A DNA stretch of 63,948 nt, the filler included, from Squatina squatina (taxonomy: Eukaryota): NCBI GenBank assembly GCA_031763465.1. It is 4 parts of 4 records of this genome, joined end to end, with 100 filler letters (N's around TTAATTAATTAA, not from the genome) between each part and the next. Parts side by side here need not be neighbours in the genome. Positions count along the whole stretch, not along the records: positions 1 to 13,256 come from JARFOE010000100.1; 3 more parts are not named here. One strand, written 5' to 3'. Position numbers and translations under genes: made by a program. The notes under the pieces were generated by a model, which was not told the origin of the DNA, made no database searches, and saw only the letters and a list, made by a program, of their open reading frames with translations. Below, piece after piece: positions 1-13,356 of this stretch. Positions within the stretch are counted from its first letter, which is position 1. The number at the start of each line of letters is the position of its first letter.

Positions 1-574
1 TGCAATGCTCTATGACTGCCCGGCTGAGCTGCGGAAACCTGTGGAGATGTTTGCTGTTCCAGGGCCACCTTCAAAATAGTCCCCCTTGGCTGAGACCCGA
101 AGCTCAGATGTAGTTTCAAGGAAGCTCTGTGAAGTTAAACACCCTGAACATCTGCATCATATACTGTCATGATGAATAAAATTTGGGTTAACTGGGGTTC
201 TAATATATCAGGAGAGTTCATTTGGGATGGAATAGAATAAAGGTAATTGTGGCGTAATGCAATGGTGATCATGGGTCTTGATGTAGGGGTTCAGGGCAAT
301 GGTGGGAAGCCTGTTTTTTGGCTGGTTATTTCAACATGTACAGAGGACTGTTGCAGAGTGGATGGCACTGGCACTTAACGAGAGGTGTAGCCTTTTCCAG
401 CCTTTCTTAAGACTCTTGCTGAATGGCTCTTTCTGAAAATGTCTACTGGATCCCAGTTAGGATATCCTTGTGCCACTAATTGTTGCTGGGTCCCTTCTTT
501 AACCTGTTCCACGGCAATGCCACTTTGTAGAAGAGAGCTGTGTAAGGGGCGGGCAGGACAAGGTAATCGTGGAT

Positions 575-1125
575 AGCTTGTCCAGGCTGTACTGCAAGAT
601 TCCACTACCCTCCCACCGCCCCCCAATCGCTTTTAACATCCCGATTATCTGCCCTACCAAAATCTCGATAGCTGTTCATGTCACCTCTCATCAGGCCACG
701 CCCAAGGGCATCACAATGGGATCACAGGCCATGGCTGCAATGGCTAGCCTGGGCCTTCCAGTAATAATCCACTTGTTGTTACTGGCTCTTGACGTGGAAT
801 GCTGCATAATAAAGGAGTCATGGCAGATACTAGCGGAGCGGGCATTATGATGCATTCTTCTGTTCCTGTGATCACAGACCAGCTACATGGGCATGGAGTA
901 GAGCCCCTTTCTGTTCAAAAAGGAATGGCATTGGAAGCAGAGGACCATGTGGTCATATGTATGCCATCAAGAATATTTTGCGCTATGGGGAATCCAGCCA
1001 GATGGTAAAACTGCAAGCATCTCCCATGTTCCTTCATGTTTTCCCTGGTGAAATAGATGTATGGCCTTGCACAGGTAAACTAGGCATCTGTCTGCTGAAC
1101 AATGTAACTGTGCACTGCATGTACT
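575..1125 (-). mobile_element. Decayed Harbinger/PIF (HARBI1-like, DDE_Tnp_4) transposase fragment
   Basis: Manual minus-strand translation gives AVHSYIVQQTDA*FTCARPYIYF..FYHLAGFPIAQNILDGIH..NRKGLYS..LVCDH..HDSFIM, matching the HARBI1 motifs AGFP..GAIDGTH, NRKG.HS.N.QLVCD and HD..IL. It has stops, a frameshift and an internal deletion (no GD.GY motif). Confidence 0.8.
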
Positions 1126-2241
1126 GCACTGAAGTTATGTTTACATTACAATGCAATGGACAGAAGACTTAACCTTTTGGTATCTCACTTAAGTCATGCA
1201 GGAGTTCAGAAAGATAATGCTGAAAGAGCAGACATGATGGAGCACTTGCCTCTCAATCACAAGCAAAAGCTCAGAATTAGTGAGCTACAGCCTTTACTTA
1301 CAAGAACAAACTGCTAATTTGCATATGGGCACCAAATCTACAAATATTTCTAAAACCTATTTATACACTTGTTGGCAACTGCAAACACTGTAAACTGAAT
1401 AAGTACAAGTGAACAAAATCTTTAATGGGTTTCTTTAATTCAGTTTAAGTTGATGCAGCTTAGGAGGAGGACTCTTCTGAATAACTGGTGCCCCTTCGCC
1501 AAATCTACCCACCAATGACTGTCACTTTATTTTCAACATTAAAAGGACGATATTTGTGTTGTAGTACATGAATCATTGAGGGTTTTTTTTTTAATCTAGT
1601 ATTCTTCCAAATTAAGAGGAGCGCCATAAATGAGGTCGTTTGGTGAATTTTGTTCATTCTTAATCAGGCTGCAAAAAACATACTGCACTGAAAAGATGGT
1701 AATATAAAAGATAAATGATAAGGCTTGCAGTAAGATATCAATTGAACTTCCTTGTAGAATTAAAACTTGAAACTCACTGAGCTCAGGTGTCAGAGTGAAT
1801 TACATGCAAATTTGTTTTGAATCAAATCAAAAAGCTTCCTGCAAAAGACATCACATTCTCTTTACTCTGATTTTTGAATTAAAGCCATTCATTTGAAACA
1901 GAATAAATGAAGTATCATAAGCAACAGTGGAAAAACATTACAATTTGTATGTAAAGTTTTACATTTCTTGCAGCAAGCTGAAGAGCTTGATTAGGTTCTT
2001 GTTTTCTATGACTGTGACTGGTTTTCCACATGTTCTGTGCCAGCCATTATAATTTTGGATTTCATGCTTACACAGTAAGGTCCCAAAGCTTAAATGGTTA
2101 GATGCTTACCAACACCCGGAAAATCTTGTGGTAGTTTATGATGTACCACAAATATAACAAACATCTTTCAAAAAGCACACAAACAGAAAATAACAACATT
2201 TTAGTGCATTTCAGAAATCAGCAGTTAGTTTATCACCTTAC

Positions 2242-2384
2242 CCATCTTTAGTTTGGTCAGCCACCCCAGCGAGAAGCTGCACAGTCTTTGGGTTGTAGTG
2301 TGGATCTGTGTGTAATCCCAGATATTTCTGCACAAAATCTGTTGGAGTCATGTAATGCTCCCCATCCTTCGTCACACTACAAAA
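2242..2384 (-). CDS. SLC25A12: Internal coding exon (143 bp, equivalent to exon 3, EF-hand region) of mitochondrial aspartate/glutamate carrier Aralar1
   Basis: Acceptor ttcttcttttag| and donor GG|gtaagg. Translates as [48 protein letters not shown]. This is closer to recalled Aralar1 ([32 protein letters not shown]) than to citrin/SLC25A13. It is too short to appear in the ORF track. Confidence 0.92.
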
Positions 2385-5300
2385 CTAAAAGAAGAAACAG
2401 TAAAGTTAAGGTACATGTAGNNNNNNNNNNNNNNNNNNNNNNNNNNNNNNNNNNNNNNNNNNNNNNNNNNNNNNNNNNNNNNNNNNNNNNNNNNNNNNNN
2501 NNNNNNNNNNNNNNNNNNNNATGCTCACTTTACACCATTTAAGCGAGCAAACCAATCAGAAAATTGACCCTCAGAAGTCCTGATACATATTAGCTTAGGT
2601 GTTTTGATCATAACACCATGCATTTTAAATTAATTCCCACAGCATTATGATTTGAAAACAAAGGCCATTTTGTCATACAGGACTCACACATTTACAGACA
2701 GCCACTAAAGATGGGAAGAATTATACAAGGACAGAAAAGGTATGAAATTTTGCTGGTGATCATAATCTTACCAGTGGAAGAGGTGAAGTCGGGGATTGTC
2801 ATTTATTTGGCACAACCAATGGCGGGGGTGGGGAGGTAGGACTGATGAGAATTTGGTGGTAAGGAGTTTGCCGCTTTCTGTTCCTCCTGAGGTGTTGACT
2901 TTCAATGAAGTGTGTTTAAAACTATTTTATTCACACCTAATGTATTCAGATATTTGCTATTAATGTTTTATTTTTTCATTTAGCTAATAATATCTAATTT
3001 CTTAGCATGTAGTTCAATATTCCAAAATGCATGGCCAAACATCAACTGTTAATAGTACAAATAAAGGTTATGGAATTGATCATTTGGAGGCATTGTTATC
3101 CATTTAGTTATTTTGGCTCTAAGCCAGTCATAGTCATTCTGCACGTCAGGTGCTGAAAGTGATTTAGATTCATCAGGAGATGCTCCTTGTATTTTCCTTA
3201 AACTGACAACTCAGACATGGAAATTGATATGATAACTCTCAAAATCGTGTATGATTGAGAATACATTTGCAGTGATGTAACTTTTATGGTTTGGCTGTAT
3301 TGATCAAACTTTACACGCACAGGAAAATAAACAGCATTAGCATTAAATGTAATGTTCAGTCCACCAACAAAAAGGCACAACATTATTTTTGGTTTGTGAC
3401 AGGACTAAGGTAAAGTTTGTGTGTGTTGGCCCTCAGGATCCGTTAATCTCAGGTATTTATCAAATATAAATCAAATGATCTTGATCTGCCATAGGGCATA
3501 AGAACATTCTTCCAATAGACAGTAAGGCATAGGCGCATAATTACAGCTCTCCTAATAAGGAAGAGACACCAACGCTCTTCTGCCCTCACTAATCATTCCA
3601 CCAACACTGTCAGGGACAGCCAAGATAAACAAACTAGCCCATTGTGGTTCCTGCCTCTCTTCCCCAGTATTTAAGCACTAAAAACGCTATTGTTTGTTGA
3701 TGCAGTTGCAACTAGAGATAGAGGAATATGCAAAATGACTACATGTATGCACAATTGGATATTGTCACTGTGTTCGTGAATGAAGCTACAGTGGGTGCAC
3801 AACATTAGGGCATGCATAGAAACTATTTGTACCTCTTCATATCTTCACCACCGCCACCATATCCAAAGTAAATCTAAACCAAAATAGCCGATATTTGGGA
3901 TTTCTAATAGAACTAACTGCTCCATGTAGGAATGCAGCCAGAAAACGGCAGGTCGATCATCAAATCAAGATTTTGGTGATGCAATANNNNNNNNNNGGAT
4001 GGGTGTGTGATCGTATGATATTAATGGCCAAGTACACCAAATTTGGTGGCAGCTGGGCCTGTACTGGCACAGCACACTTTTGTGCCTGTCTAACAACTGG
4101 GCAAAAGTGCGTCAAGCAAATACAAGGCCTACAAAAAAACTGGCTGTGGCCTGAATATTCACCCCAGCAACCTCATGCTGGGATTTACTGGGCCACAACT
4201 GGATCTGTGGCCCAGGTAGTGTAATGAGGTGGGAGGCAACATTCCCGGCCATCAATTTCTGGGTGATGCAATTGTTGGGCACACAAGCACATAAGTTCAT
4301 GATGCTCTGGCCTGCCGCAGATCGCCACTGACCAGAGGGGCTACAGATGTCCTGGGGTTAGCTCAAGGATCGGCAGGTTTTGTAATTTAACAACCAGCCA
4401 CCAGGAAGAATTGAACCACGATCAGCAGGCAGAAAACCCTCATCTTAGGGGCCAGATCCACTGCTGCAAACCTCAGAAGACTAAGAGGCCTGCGGCTGCA
4501 CTTAGATTTGCTCCATGATCTTTCAACTGAATGACCATCCGAGGGGTGGAAATGTGCCTTAAGTTCCTCCAGACCATGCAAATGGTCCAGGGGAATAAAC
4601 ANNNNNNNNNNNNNNNNNNNNNNNNNNNNNNNNNNNNNNNNNNNNNNNNNNNNNNNNNNNNNNNNNNNNNNNNNNNNNNNNNNNNNNNNNNNNNNNNNNN
4701 NATCTTGAGCCAAATGGAAAGAATTCTAGCCCTTAGTGCTAGCTCTACTCCTCCAGGTTCCATTGTTGAGCCATTATCAACAGTGTTATATTGGAGACCT
4801 GTCTAGTTTAGGCGTCGGACTTAATCTGTCACTGTCATTGACTTGGTTTCAAACTTTCATTGCCAGAGCCATCTTGATCCCAGAGAAATCCCAAGGAGGA
4901 TAGTCAGTTGTCAGATAACAAATAATAAGACTTCCCACAGAAGAGGCATCTTCCAACTCGATTTGGAAGAATGATTGTTCCCAGCAGTAATTTAACTAAT
5001 GTCTGCCCAAAATTTTGAATTTTCATAAGATAAATGATCAGTAGCTACGATTTTGAAAAGACCATTATAAGGTGCTGCACTGATGTTTACGACTACTTTT
5101 TGTTCTTGGGTGTCAGAACTGATCAAAAATTTGCTTTTTTTTGGATGTAAAATGTTGCAAGGTCAGGCCTGAAGCCTATACATGTAACTTCTTAAAAATA
5201 TGCTTTCACAAACAATTTTTAATCAATTGTCATATAACAAATATCTCTGTAATCATGGTGTAAAATAGCAGCTACTATAAACAAACATAAAAGCTAGCTG

Positions 5301-6959
5301 TGGAGAAACATTGTCCAGTATTTCAACTGCTAAATAGTTCATTTTTTAAAGCAGAGAACAGATTAAATAGAAGTGGTCCAAAGGATGAAACATTAACAAA
5401 AAAACTTTTTTGTCCTTCGACTCCCTGTACAGTCCTCTACTCTAAAATTGGCTGAAGAAGAAGAATAGCGTGCTATTCATCTGCAGGTGCATTACTTCCA
5501 CTTAGAAATGGGATGATGTTTGAAAGGAAAGGAATTAGTAGCATGTTGTATTAGCCTTTTGTAGTACATTTTGTTCTGGGCCTCTTAATTTCCCTGTTTT
5601 GAATGCCAAGCAGCCAGGGTCTTGGTTTAGAACTAATGACCATCATGCATGTAAATGCTGCGAAAGAGCTGTTTAGCAAGTTAATAAAAAGTGTTCTTAT
5701 GTCAGCCCTTGTGGAAATGGATACAATACAAACATTACAGCTGAACTCAGTGCAAATTCTGCTGAGTAAAACCAGGGGGTATTGTTCACAATCTATGAAT
5801 AATTGACAAGTTCATTTCATTGAATATGCTGTCAAGCATACAGGAGACTAGTGTGGCTGTGCAGGGTTTTGTTAACTAAAATCAATTCATTAAATTTTAT
5901 TGCCCAGTGAGAAGCAGATATACTTTATTGTGAAAACTTCATCAAATATTCATGGTTAAAGATAAGTAGTTAATGTATTCAATTAAATGTGTGCTTTGGG
6001 ATCTAAGTATAAAGCTCTGCTTGACTAATTCCTTGATGCTTTCAGAATGCCATCTGCAGATTAAAATACATTTGTCAATCACGTGAACACACTTATACTG
6101 CAATATTTTACATTTTTATTTTGTACATTTTTTTAGCCAAATATGTTGAAGATAAAGTAAGGGGCCAATTCAGTCCAAACTTTGCATATAGATGGTTTTT
6201 GTTGCACTACTGGATCAGGAAGGCATTTTAAACCCACTTGGAACTTTCATTCATACATATAGCCTGCATAATAATGAAGCAGGTGAAAACATTGCCTACC
6301 ATATTGATACGGTAAGTGGCTTTCACTTGCTGAAAATACAGTGTACTAGGAAGAAGGGTGAGGCAAGTGTCAAACCCACCCAACCACATCAATTGGAGGC
6401 CTGGACGATTTTAATTTTCGGGTCTCATTTCCACCTCATCAGCCAGCTGCCCACCCGAACAGGCAGAAAGTGGCATCTGGCTGGCTATGGAAGATCGGGC
6501 AGCTCGGAGGCTGTCTGCCAGCACTCGGGTGAGTCACGGGAGGGATTTCAGCAGGGTCTTGCGAGTCAGGAGAGGGGGAATGGGACCGCAGAGGCCCCTC
6601 TTGCTTCTCACGACCCCGCAAAATAAAGTTTAACACTTGCCTTACAGGCCCTCTTGTTCCTACAGGCCAGGTTTCACTCAGTTGGGTGGGTTCCATTGGG
6701 GTGCTCGTGATGTCAAAGGATCCCAGTTTGCATGTAATGATGAGGCTCCTACCTGTGTCAGGCAGGCACCTCGGCCTCCTAAAATAATGGGTGCAGTTAA
6801 AATGGTGGCAGGCGGTGGGCAACAGTTGAGTGGGAAGGAGCAGTAAGGTTGGGTGCTCTTGGTGAACTTTGCCTTAACCAGTGAGGTTAACTGTAGCTAT
6901 TGAATTTCTGATTTTGCTAAGATCGGCTGACTCAGCACAGGCCAGGAATCGAACCTATT

Positions 6960-7544
6960 GGCCATGAAATCACGGTCCCTATGGGCGTGTATGAGGTGCG
7001 CACGCACCCGTAGGGACCCCGCAAGTTCCGGGTTTAGGGCTGCAAAGCGCATGCACCTAAACCTGGAAGTTGCAATCTGTCAAGGTTTCTCTTGACAGAT
7101 CCCATGTATCCCTGGGAGAAGGGCCTCCGCGGGCGGAGAGTTGGGCTATTTGCCCAATTCATGCCCAGCGAAAGCCCTTCAAATTCTTACGCTGTTAAAA
7201 GCAGGCAGCAGCGTAAGAGGTTTTAAAAATTGAAAAATAGAATTCAACCATTTATTTATTTATTTATTTATTAAAAACCCGGACCAGTAAGGTAGATATA
7301 TTTTTTAGACAGTTTAAAATGTTTTTTTTTTTAAATTTCAAAAAAATAAATTTTAATATTTGAGGTGTTTTTAAAATTTTATTTTGAAGTGCTTGTGGTG
7401 TTTTTTTTAATCTCCCATTCATATATTAGGAGATCAACAGAAGTATGAATGGGGAGACCCCTACCTTGATGGGTTGGGGCCTCCCACGTGATCCGAGCAG
7501 CATCACACGCGTTCACACAGAGGCCCAGGAACGCAAGGCTGCGA
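6960..7544. mobile_element. GC-rich non-autonomous DNA transposon (MITE-like), right end lost in a gap
   Basis: Starts GGCCATGAAATC and has CpG-rich arms around an AT-rich core. The 7400-7544 part resembles 40400-40560. Confidence 0.45.
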
Positions 7545-8852
7545 ANNNNNNNNNNNNNNNNNNNNNNNNNNNNNNNNNNNNNNNNNNNNNNNNNNNNNNN
7601 NNNNNNNNNNNNNNNNNNNNNNNNNNNNNNNNNNNNNNNNNNNNNCAATTAAAATCCTTTGCCATCCATGCATACTTATGATAGCTTTTGTTAAATTTAT
7701 TACAATTTGTAACGGTGCAGTTTGGCTGCATTGTGTAATTATGTATGACACATATACATACAAGGTTACTGGTTCCAACAGCATCCCAATTATTAGGATG
7801 TTGCACTCATTTCCTTAATTTGAGTGCACTCATACTGTACATTTTTCCAAAGGTGTGACATTGTTTCTTTCAGCTTACTCAGACCTAATATTATTTCTGT
7901 GCGTCTCAGCTGATTTTGCAAGTTATTTTCCCTAGGCTTAACACGACACATCCAGGCTTTAGATGGTGCCATGAGAGGCCTCAGAGCTCCTTGGTTTGGT
8001 TCATTGAATTTGTTAGCTTCATTGATGTTGATGATGAAAGATAGCACCACTTTCTTGTGTAAGTACAGTCCTTAAGTAATTGTGGACCTTATTGCTGCAA
8101 CAAAGCATCTGTTTTAATTGTGGCAACAATTGGCTGTACCAATTACTGGAGCCAGTTTAATGATATTTTTCCCAGGAACTGTTACATTGTTTGTTAGGCA
8201 GACTTTGCTTTCTTTTATGTACTGGAAGACTTTCAACATAGAGCTGTATTGAGTGCTGTTGTCTTTTGAAGCACAGAATGTAGGCTTAAACAGTAAAATG
8301 AGCTCTACTGGTGCTTTCTTTTACTTGCCACCCATTCATCCCAACAATGAGCAAGTGCACTGAAGTGATTTAAAGAGGCCTGATTTCTCTAAGTTGCTGC
8401 ACACCAATTAACTGTAATGTACATTCAGAACATAGCAGGTGTACNNNNNNNNNNTCGGTCTGTATGGAGTAGCTTGCTGACACCAAAAATTCAGTTACAA
8501 AATGAAAATGGACACAGCATGGAATTATGACTGTAATTGACCTGCTTGTTTTATCTACAGATTTGAGGTGTATGAGAAGGCTGGATCATTGCTCTTTGTA
8601 ATTGTTAGGCTACATAACTGTGTATAATTACTATGTGTACCCAGACAAGGCCACGTGGAAGGCAATGATAATAGCTTGTATACCTTATTTTAAAAGTAGA
8701 AACTGGAGGATAAAATGAGAGTCCGGTGCTCTATTGTAGTTATTGCAGAACTAAATATGGAAGATTTTATTGCCTCTTTGACAGATTCTTGGTAGCTGAC
8801 TATATAAGCAAGATTAAAAGTAGACTATTACCTCATTTATGCAACTATTCAT

Positions 8853-9593
8853 AGTTCCAAAATTGCCCCCTTTTGTAACCACGTTAGTGCCTCCGGGGGC
8901 GGGGGGGTGGCGCTCACAGGGCACAATGGCGTTTCCATTTGGGAAGTGGGGTGCTACCACCTCCCGGAAAATTGCCCCGGAGGTTTGGTGGGGGGGGGGG
9001 CGATGTCCCAGCAGCGCCACGCCCCACGATAGCATGCATTCAGCAATTACGTCATCACCGTGCATGCCGAACCCTCACCGCCCCGCGCCGACCCCTTTAT
9101 GCCCCGTGGGGAAATTGCTCCGTGGGTCGCGAGGCTAACGCAAGCTGATGGCAACGCCAGCTTCGCGGGTTGTTAAGCTGGCAGACATTCGCTGCCGGGG
9201 CACCCCATAAAGGGGAGACCNNNNNNNNNNCCACCACTTTGTGTTGGGTACCGGACTGCTGGCCCATTCGATCGCATCCCGGGTGGCCCAGTGACGGCCA
9301 CCAACGGGCCGTGCAGCGAGCGCAATGGCCCTCCCCTTTAGTGGAAGGGAGTGCCCTTGCAGCGCTATGTGGAACATCCACATAGTGTTGGCCTGCTCCA
9401 CACAGCACTGAACTTAGCACCGCGCTACCTCCCTGGGAGCGCCCCTCAAAGGAAGCAGAGACAGTGCTCCAGTTCCTTTAAGGGGCGTATGGCCCAATTC
9501 TGCATTGGGGGTGGGACTTCCAGTCCGGTTGCAGGAAGTCCTGGCTCTGGAAGGATACCACTCCCAATCGGTGCGAGGGGCAATTTCTAGCCC
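8853..9593. mobile_element. GC-rich MITE-like element with degenerate TIRs
   Basis: AAATTGCCCC near 8860 is the inverse of GGGGCAATTT near 9577-9586, and the element ends in CTAGCCC. It is a CpG-rich island in AT-rich intron. Confidence 0.55.
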
Positions 9594-11113
9594 ACAGTTT
9601 CTAGCTTGTTTCTAAAAATATTTTAGTTTTGAAAAAACACAGAACAATTGTCAAAGGGACACAACAAATTGGTGATGAAATGGGTTAATTTCAGAACAAG
9701 ATCTGCCTGCAATTTCCCATGTGCATTTAAATCTTGACCGCCTTCGGGTGTAAGACATGAAGAGGTTAGGCACTGACCAACTGGCTGGCAGAGAAAATCA
9801 TTGTATAAGTAACTCTGGGCTGCTCTTCTGCAGCTTAGCAGTTCCATATCTGCCTACCAGGAAGAGGCATAACACTTTGGGCACAAAAGTGTAAGGCGTT
9901 CTGAACAACTACAAAATAAATGTGGGGTGAGTGAAAAATGTGTCATAAGGTACTTTTAGATAATTTGTTTTGCCAGTTGTCTCTGTTTGTCTCCCCTCTT
10001 CTCTCATCCCCCATTTTTCTGCACTTCCTCCTCCTCTCCTCTTTCTCCTTCCCATTGTCACCTCTCCCCTTTTTACCTCCTTTCCTACCTCTCTCNNNNN
10101 NNNNNNNNNNNNNNNNNNNNNNNNNNNNNNNNNNNNNNNNNNNNNNNNNNNNNNNNNNNNNNNNNNNNNNNNNNNNNNNNNNNNNNNNNNNNNNNGAAAT
10201 ATGGCATGCTATGAAGAGAGGGATAAAGTGCGGCGCTCCCTCAGCACTGCAAGGGGAGTGTCGACCTAGATTCTGGGGCTCGGATATCGGGAGTGGGGCT
10301 CAAACTTGTGACCTTCTGACTCGCTGAGCCACGGCTTATACCTGGATTACTAGTGCAGTAACATAACCCCTAATTTAAAATTCGTAGCAGATTTGTGTTC
10401 TTCCCCTCCCCGGTACAATGTTGCGAATTTTTCTTGTTTCTCTCACCAACTTGGAGGATGAATGAAATAAAATATTCTGCTTTACAGCTATGATGTTGGC
10501 ACTGCTTTGTGAGTATGGTGTTAGCAGACATACCCATCCAAAGATAGATTTGGCAAGTTGCCAGTGCCACGACGAGTGACCAGGTTGATATTATTTACTA
10601 CACATGTGGTAAGCAGGAGCTTTAGCTTTTCAAAGCCAAAACATGTGACCAGAGAAGTTCGAAGTGAGTAGCTTTTTTCTTTACTACGACACAACAGGTG
10701 GCAATTATTACATGGTTACATGGATTGCACATCTCTTTGTAAAGTGAATTAAGTCAACACTGGCCTCGGGAACAAAGTAGAAGCCGTGAGGATTAATGAA
10801 AAGCATTTACCTTGTTCCAGGATGCATTATGGTACAATATCACATATAACTGCAGTAGTGTACTTTTGCATCTGAAGCTTGATTTGCAGAAAATATGTTT
10901 TGTAGGTGATGCAATTTATAAGGAAAGAATCAATAACTTTAAATAGTATATGAAGATACTTAAAATTTCACTTNNNNNNNNNNNNNNNNNNNNNNNNNNN
11001 NNNNNNNNNNNNNNNNNNNNNNNNNNNNNNNNNNNNNNNNNNNNNNNNNNNNNNNNNNNNNNNNNNNNNNNNNNNNNNNNNNNNNNNNNNNNNNNNNNNN
11101 NNNNNNNNNNNNN

Positions 11114-11398
11114 ATGTTTGCAGGGTGTCTGATCACTGTTATCGCACAGAGAGGAACCCCCATGTTTGCAGGGAGTCTGATCACCGCACACAGGAAGCCT
11201 CCGATTGCAATTTCAGCGCCAATGCCTCATTCGACCCAACGTCAGTCATTTGCTTAGACTGACGGGTTATGCTGAAAAGGATGCTGGGGACCTCCACATC
11301 TCCATTGACTGCTGGGAAGAAATGAATGATAGAAGGTGCCTCGGGGCGCCCAATTAGTGTTTCTAAAGTTTCTGGCGCTAAGGTCCGAATTTGACAGA
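11114..11398. mobile_element. MITE-like remnant with a 48-bp-period internal duplication
   Basis: ATGTTTGCAGGG(T/A)GTCTGATCAC occurs at 11114 and 11162. The element is GC-rich and ends in a ..GAATTTG.. terminus. Confidence 0.35.
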
Positions 11399-13256
11399 GC
11401 AATGTTCAGGCCTTTGGTCTTATTACGTTCCATGCTACACTTCTATTTCACATTACGCCATAGGCTAGCGTATAAACGAAAGGGTAACATCCGTGTATCC
11501 TTTTGGCTTCGTAGAAATTGAGGTTGGAGGTATCAAGTGAAAGTAAAAGTGAATTGGTAAGTTTAAAAACTGGACACATGCACGCAGCCAGCTTTGATGT
11601 TTACTAGTTGTGCCTTGCTAAAAATAGTTGACGGGCATCCGTAGACAAGCAAAAATGCTTTTGTTTATGGCTTTATAATTTAAAAATTCTCTCGACATTT
11701 TATGATGGATATAACAATTTAAAAAAAATTTGTGTCGTAAAGAGAAGGTATTATTGATAGTTAATGGATGTCTGTTTTCATGCACACTTTGTTCAGTTTA
11801 AATATTTCACTTGTAATAAAGTAAATTGCATAACAGAAAATATACTTTTGTTCGCACAATTCTACCATGTTTACTACATTTTGACCTCTTGAAATCAGGG
11901 TCTGTATCAGAGTATTTGCAGCAAATTATTTTTGCTGTAATCAGTTACATGGTTATTTCTTTTTCCAGATATTTTCATAAGCACAAGTTTGGAAACTGCA
12001 TTTTGCAGTGCAGTTATATGGAGCAAGGAAATATTAATGTTAAAATCCCGAGTTACATGTAAGGGAACCTGTAAACAAAAGTCTAGAGGGAGTACTTCTA
12101 ACCGCCCAAAATACTGCCATGTTTTGTAGAGGAAAATAATGAACCTGGGAAAGTTTTAATGCCCTTTTATTTTTAAAAATTGTAAAGTTTCTTCCTGGCA
12201 TGGATACTCTTAAGATACGCCATCTTTGCTGTCAGGCTGCTCCAATGATTTTTTTCAATGTTGAACATCCCTTTACATCTTGACTTCATATATTGGCCTC
12301 GAAAGCTTTAAGGAGCAGCCGGGCCTTGGAAACCAATTGGGGGTGCCTAGCTCTTAGCATGGTTATCTGGAGTCTTGTGGCTCTTGAGCCAGTTTGAAGT
12401 TGCAGCTCCCACTGTTAACTATAGAGACACAAATGGTGGCCTGGGGGAGGTGGTGGTGAGAGAGGGAGACCCACACACTTGACTTTATGCTGGTTCGCAA
12501 ATTAATATTTGAAGAAACTGTTAAATAATTAAGGGAGTACTTTGAAGAAAACTTAGTCCCCTTAGACTTTCATTCCCCTTTAAGTTATTAAGCCACTTTG
12601 CAACTCGAAGGACCATTGTCCGAATGAAAAAAAAATTGCCAAATTGTTTATTGTTTGCATGTCACATGAATCATGTCAAAATGTGTCATCAAGTCACTTG
12701 GGTGTCATGTCAGTGTGGATAAAATGACCCATGTATTTTCGAGCTTTTTACCCTTGCCAAACAAAATAAGGTTCACTAAACATTTTTCATAGAGACAGCA
12801 CCCCTTTAAATGTTATGTATTAGTTATTTGTCTGAGGTTTAATATTGATGTTGCATGTTTGTAAATTATCATGTTTTTTTTCACTCCGTTGCTACAGCTG
12901 ACAAAGCAAAGTGTACATGAGCAAAGTCTGATAAATTTCCAATGAGAGGTACAAATATAGGATTCTTTTATACAGATTATTATTGAAAATGGCTTTACTT
13001 ATTGAATTTTGAGTTTGTTTTTGCATCATTTATATTAAGATGTAGGCCACTGATGAGTACTTCATTTGATTCTTCCAGGTCACAACAAATCTGACTAACC
13101 TACACCATGCTGCTGCTTGCATTAATTTCTGAGTAAATGATTGACATTGATTGAACCTATTTCATGGAGTGCTTGTTATTTTTTGTCACAATGATGTATG
13201 CTGGTAGTGTTGAAAATGTAAATAACTTCTTCCTGTGTCACAATTTGATAAATTTT

Positions 13257-13356
13257 NNNNNNNNNNNNNNNNNNNNNNNNNNNNNNNNNNNNNNNNNNNN
13301 TTAATTAATTAANNNNNNNNNNNNNNNNNNNNNNNNNNNNNNNNNNNNNNNNNNNN
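13257..13356. other. Artificial assembly spacer (44N-TTAATTAATTAA-44N)
   Basis: The identical structure recurs at 27284 and 50149. The 12-mer puts stop codons in all six frames. Confidence 0.95.

Noticed and set aside
6925-6960. tRNA gene from a GGTTCGATTCC B-box (similar at about 53190 and in SINE heads)
   Set aside because: There is no cloverleaf or acceptor stem. These are SINE head fragments.
8814-9590. Cluster of overlapping GC-rich ORFs, or a CpG-island promoter
   Set aside because: They are confined to a TIR-bounded MITE-like element and show no recognisable protein.
12170-12225. Minus-strand AAGATGGCG start context as SLC25A12 exon 1
   Set aside because: It reads MAYLKSIHARKKLYNF* with no donor after codon 4 and no exon 2 downstream.
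13301-13312. TTAATTAATTAA palindrome as a biological motif (also at 27328 and 50193)
   Set aside because: It is always centred between exactly 44 Ns on each side, which marks it as a six-frame-stop assembly linker.
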